Source: a virus | Lineage: Duplodnaviria; Caudoviricetes | Direction: 5' to 3' (one strand) | Virus record (IMG/VR): IMGVR_UViG_3300037313_001456 | Location: 1 to 46,988 of that record | DNA: 46,988 nt | Shown here: piece by piece, positions 44,694 through 46,988 of the stretch | Layout: each line of letters opens with the position of its first letter | Numbering within the stretch: the stretch's first letter is position 1 | Made by a program: the position numbers and the translations under genes | The notes under the pieces: model-generated | What the model was told of the DNA's origin: nothing | What the model saw: the letters and a program-made list of their open reading frames with translations, nothing else | Database searches by the model: none

Positions 44694-45656
44694 TTAGAAT
44701 GGTGCCCCTTCGTCACTATCGGCATTATCTTCTTCGGTCGAAACTTCTTGCGACGACTCATTCACTACCTCTGGATTCTGATCTTGCGGTCTCAGTTTTT
44801 GAAAATGGTAAAGAGAAATATATGGAGCTTCTGGCGAATAGCTCACTAGCAATGAGGAGAGAAGCCTAAGCAACGGAGCAATCTCCCCAAACGACATGTG
44901 CTTTGCCGCAGCAGCTGAAGCGTTGCCCCAGCAAATCGATCCATTGCGATTAACGTGCGGATGGTAATAATTCTCGTAAAGAACGTTATCCGCGTAGGGC
45001 AAAACGGTGAGGTTCATCGCTTGCAGTTTGATCAAGCAACGAAACTTCCCCATATTCACCCTAAGTCGCAGGCCCGCCGATGGATTGATCTCGGTCAGGA
45101 TGATGTTGTTCCGAGTCGTAAGAGTAAGCTCTTCACCATTAAACTCGTGAAATTTCCAAAATGACTCCCGCAATATCTGCATAATCTGCGGTGTAATGGT
45201 ATCCGGATTGCGCTCAATTCTCTCAATGCTTTGAGTAATGCCCCAAGCTGTCTTCACATGCTCACTTGCCTGCCTAAGTCTTTCCACGGCATTGTTTAAG
45301 TAAGCATCTCGATCTTGCTTCAGGCCAGCAATACGTCTATTTTTATTCCCCTCATAAATAGCATCGACACGTTGGGAGAGCACTCTTTCGAGCTGAATAA
45401 GCTCACTATCAGCTTCGGACTTGCACTTCTCCAGGTAAGCAAAAAAACGCTTATTGATTTCGTTCTTATCTTTTACAAGATTGTGACCACGTCCTTCGCC
45501 GAACAATTCAAGAATATCCCACAATGCGATGTTCGTTCCGGTCTGACTTGCTAGCGTCTCGATGTATTGAGCCGCAGTAATATTTGCGGCCTTACGATCG
45601 GCTTTTTGTCGGCAAAATATAAGATAACTCTGCGCCTTGATCTCAGAAATATTCAT
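44694..45656 (-). CDS. E2/UBC-like conjugating enzyme with N-terminal helical/coiled-coil extension
   Basis: YYHPHVNRNGSICWGN matches the UBC H-P-N-[IV]...G-x-I-C signature, followed by IAPLLRLLSSLL..Y....PY. Confidence 0.82.
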   Translation of the reverse strand: MNISEIKAQSYLIFCRQKADRKAANITAAQYIETLASQTGTNIALWDILELFGEGRGHNLVKDKNEINKRFFAYLEKCKSEADSELIQLERVLSQRVDAIYEGNKNRRIAGLKQDRDAYLNNAVERLRQASEHVKTAWGITQSIERIERNPDTITPQIMQILRESFWKFHEFNGEELTLTTRNNIILTEINPSAGLRLRVNMGKFRCLIKLQAMNLTVLPYADNVLYENYYHPHVNRNGSICWGNASAAAAKHMSFGEIAPLLRLLSSLLVSYSPEAPYISLYHFQKLRPQDQNPEVVNESSQEVSTEEDNADSDEGAPF

Positions 45657-45684
45657 TTAAACGTCCCCGCTCACCCATCAAATA

Positions 45685-45710
45685 TGGGACTCCCGTTGCC
45701 AGGAGCCCCA
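45685..45710 (-). terminator. GCAA-capped hairpin between ubl and E2
   Basis: Minus strand TGGGGCTCCTG-GCAA-CGGGAGTCCCA followed by TATTT. Confidence 0.55.
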
Positions 45711-45722
45711 CACACATCGAAC

Positions 45723-45926
45723 TTAGCGTCCGCCCTTAACTGCAGGAGCGAAGCTTACGAAAACATAGTCATCGATCGTCTCGTCCATTTCAGCAGGTTC
45801 GCCGTTAATAGACGGAGTGTAAGAACCGGATAGTCCGAGCGCGGTATAGATATCGCGAACGGTTTCGCCTTCGAGATTTGCCTTCGCTTGACCACCCAAA
45901 ACCTGACCAGTGACATTCTTTGCCAT
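45723..45926 (-). CDS. Ubiquitin-like beta-grasp protein (ThiS/MoaD/Ubl), C-terminus KGG-R
   Basis: 67 aa MAKNVTGQVLGG...TVRDIYTALGL...SINGE...ETIDD..FVSFAPAVKGGR; AGAGGGG RBS. Confidence 0.85.
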   Translation of the reverse strand: MAKNVTGQVLGGQAKANLEGETVRDIYTALGLSGSYTPSINGEPAEMDETIDDYVFVSFAPAVKGGR

Positions 45927-46022
45927 TTCTATTTCCCCTCTATAAATGAGAGCAATGCTCTCGGTTAGTATTCCACTGTCCGTGTGGTTACTGCGCGACC
46001 CCAACCTTGAGGCCGAACTCTG

Positions 46023-46253
46023 TCATTTCTTCTTTTCCCAATAGATCAATTCGTTGCAGCCCATAAACCCGCAGTGTCCGACGTAGCAACCGTTCTTGGT
46101 GTTTTCTGCTTTTAGCTCTGTCACGTGTCCCTTTGAGCACTTGCAGCGTTCCGGGATATGAAGTTGATACGCACCAGGATCAAGGTAGACTCGACTCTGT
46201 TCACGAAGCAGTTCGTCTGTCAGCCTGGCATACCGCGCAATATATTCATCCAT
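46023..46253 (-). CDS. Small Zn-binding protein
   Basis: CKCSKGH ... HCGFMGC; likely start MDEYIARY at 46253 (GGGGG RBS). Confidence 0.6.
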   Translation of the reverse strand: MDEYIARYARLTDELLREQSRVYLDPGAYQLHIPERCKCSKGHVTELKAENTKNGCYVGHCGFMGCNELIYWEKKK

Positions 46254-46295
46254 TACCCCCCCATTTGATGCCATTGATTATGCCTCACTTGTTGT

Positions 46296-46388
46296 TCAGA
46301 TCAGGTATGCAGCGATAAACACCAGACATGCGACGAAACAAATCTTTGCCCATCGAGCGCACTGTCGCTCCATATCGTCGCGAAACAT
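46296..46388 (-). CDS. 30-aa membrane peptide (not in ORF track)
   Basis: [30 protein letters not shown]; TAATG-coupled to the bet stop. Confidence 0.45.
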   Translation of the reverse strand: MFRDDMERQCARWAKICFVACLVFIAAYLI

Positions 46389-46988
46389 TACGGAGCCCCA
46401 CTAAAGAAGTCGCCAACATCTTCCGCCATTTCTGGAGCCTTCTCTTTCATATCGGTCTCTTCGAGATAAGCATCCGCTGCCTCCATGAAGGCGGCCCAGT
46501 CGGGATTGAGTTGAGACCTGGGGTTCTTTAGCTTCCAGGCCTCAAGGTCCGCACACAGTGCAAGGATCTCGTAACGATCGACATCCTTTAACTTCTTACC
46601 CGTGAGATTCGGCTTTGTTCCACCTGGAGGGATAACGAAGTCCCCTGGAGTAGCCGGCTCTGGTGCAGACGGCGCTACTGGTTTTGGATCTGCAGCTGGC
46701 TGTGGTGGGACAACCTCGCTCTTCACTTCCCTGACTGTCTTGACTCGATCTTCGATGCTGGCGGTCTTTTTGTCGCCTTCACTTGGATTGTCAGCTTGAG
46801 CCATTTCATCGTCGGTATAGAGATCCGACAAATCTTCGGGAAAGGCTTTGCGCAGAGCTAAAGCCTCAGCACACTTTGCCAGTTGATTATCTGGCATCTT
46901 GGCCCACATCGACGTCGGACTGCCTTCACGAGTCGTCTGCACATACGAGTCCCAACGCGCCACACCCCAGATTGGAGTATCGAAATCG
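46388..46988 (-). CDS. bet: Bet, C-terminal part (continuation of 1-510)
   Basis: [25 protein letters not shown], then a disordered linker and an acidic/aromatic tail [10 protein letters not shown]. Confidence 0.92.
   Translation of the reverse strand, partial: DFDTPIWGVARWDSYVQTTREGSPTSMWAKMPDNQLAKCAEALALRKAFPEDLSDLYTDDEMAQADNPSEGDKKTASIEDRVKTVREVKSEVVPPQPAADPKPVAPSAPEPATPGDFVIPPGGTKPNLTGKKLKDVDRYEILALCADLEAWKLKNPRSQLNPDWAAFMEAADAYLEETDMKEKAPEMAEDVGDFFSGAP
46862..46988. repeat. Second copy of the 127-nt terminal repeat
   Basis: Identical to 1-127. Confidence 0.97.

Noticed and set aside
43109-45926. Thiamine/molybdopterin biosynthesis (ThiS/ThiF) or lambda tail assembly K/I explanation
   Set aside because: There is no ThiG, MoaE or sulfurtransferase; E1 lacks the Zn CxxC pairs; an E2-like gene is present; JAB has no NlpC domain; and the cassette lies outside the structural module.
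1-46988. CRISPR array, IS element, intron or alternative genetic code
   Set aside because: No regularly spaced repeats, transposase or interrupted core gene was seen, and the long genes are intact in the standard code.

Overview
The window is a circularly complete temperate phage genome of about 46,861 bp. Bases 1-127 equal 46862-46988, an assembly overlap that falls inside the bet gene. The virion module is podovirus-like: TerS/TerL, P22-like portal, scaffold, major capsid, fibres, lysis cassette, nozzle/adaptor and ejection proteins, with no tape measure or tail tube recognised. The genome also has a cI/cro-like switch, a tyrosine integrase and excisionase next to an attP that restores the 3' end of tmRNA, a RecE-like exonuclease with Bet, and a tRNA-Tyr. 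The main finding is a complete four-gene ubiquitin-like conjugation cassette at 43109-45926 (minus strand) in the early operon: a 67-aa Ubl ending KGG-R, an E2/UBC-like protein (HPHV...GSICWG), a JAB/JAMM protease and an E1/ThiF enzyme. Other oddities are structural-module proteins with Sec-type signal peptides, a ~570-nt highly structured non-coding region after cro, and a family of tRNA-shaped intergenic elements. There are also two stand-alone Fis-type HTH genes, a lone DnaB N-terminal domain, TerC plus vWA cargo, and a shared (S/N)PW motif in all four ejection proteins. The host is unknown; a Gram-negative Bdellovibrionota/deltaproteobacteria-like host is only an inference. All family calls come from motif recognition by eye, without database searches.
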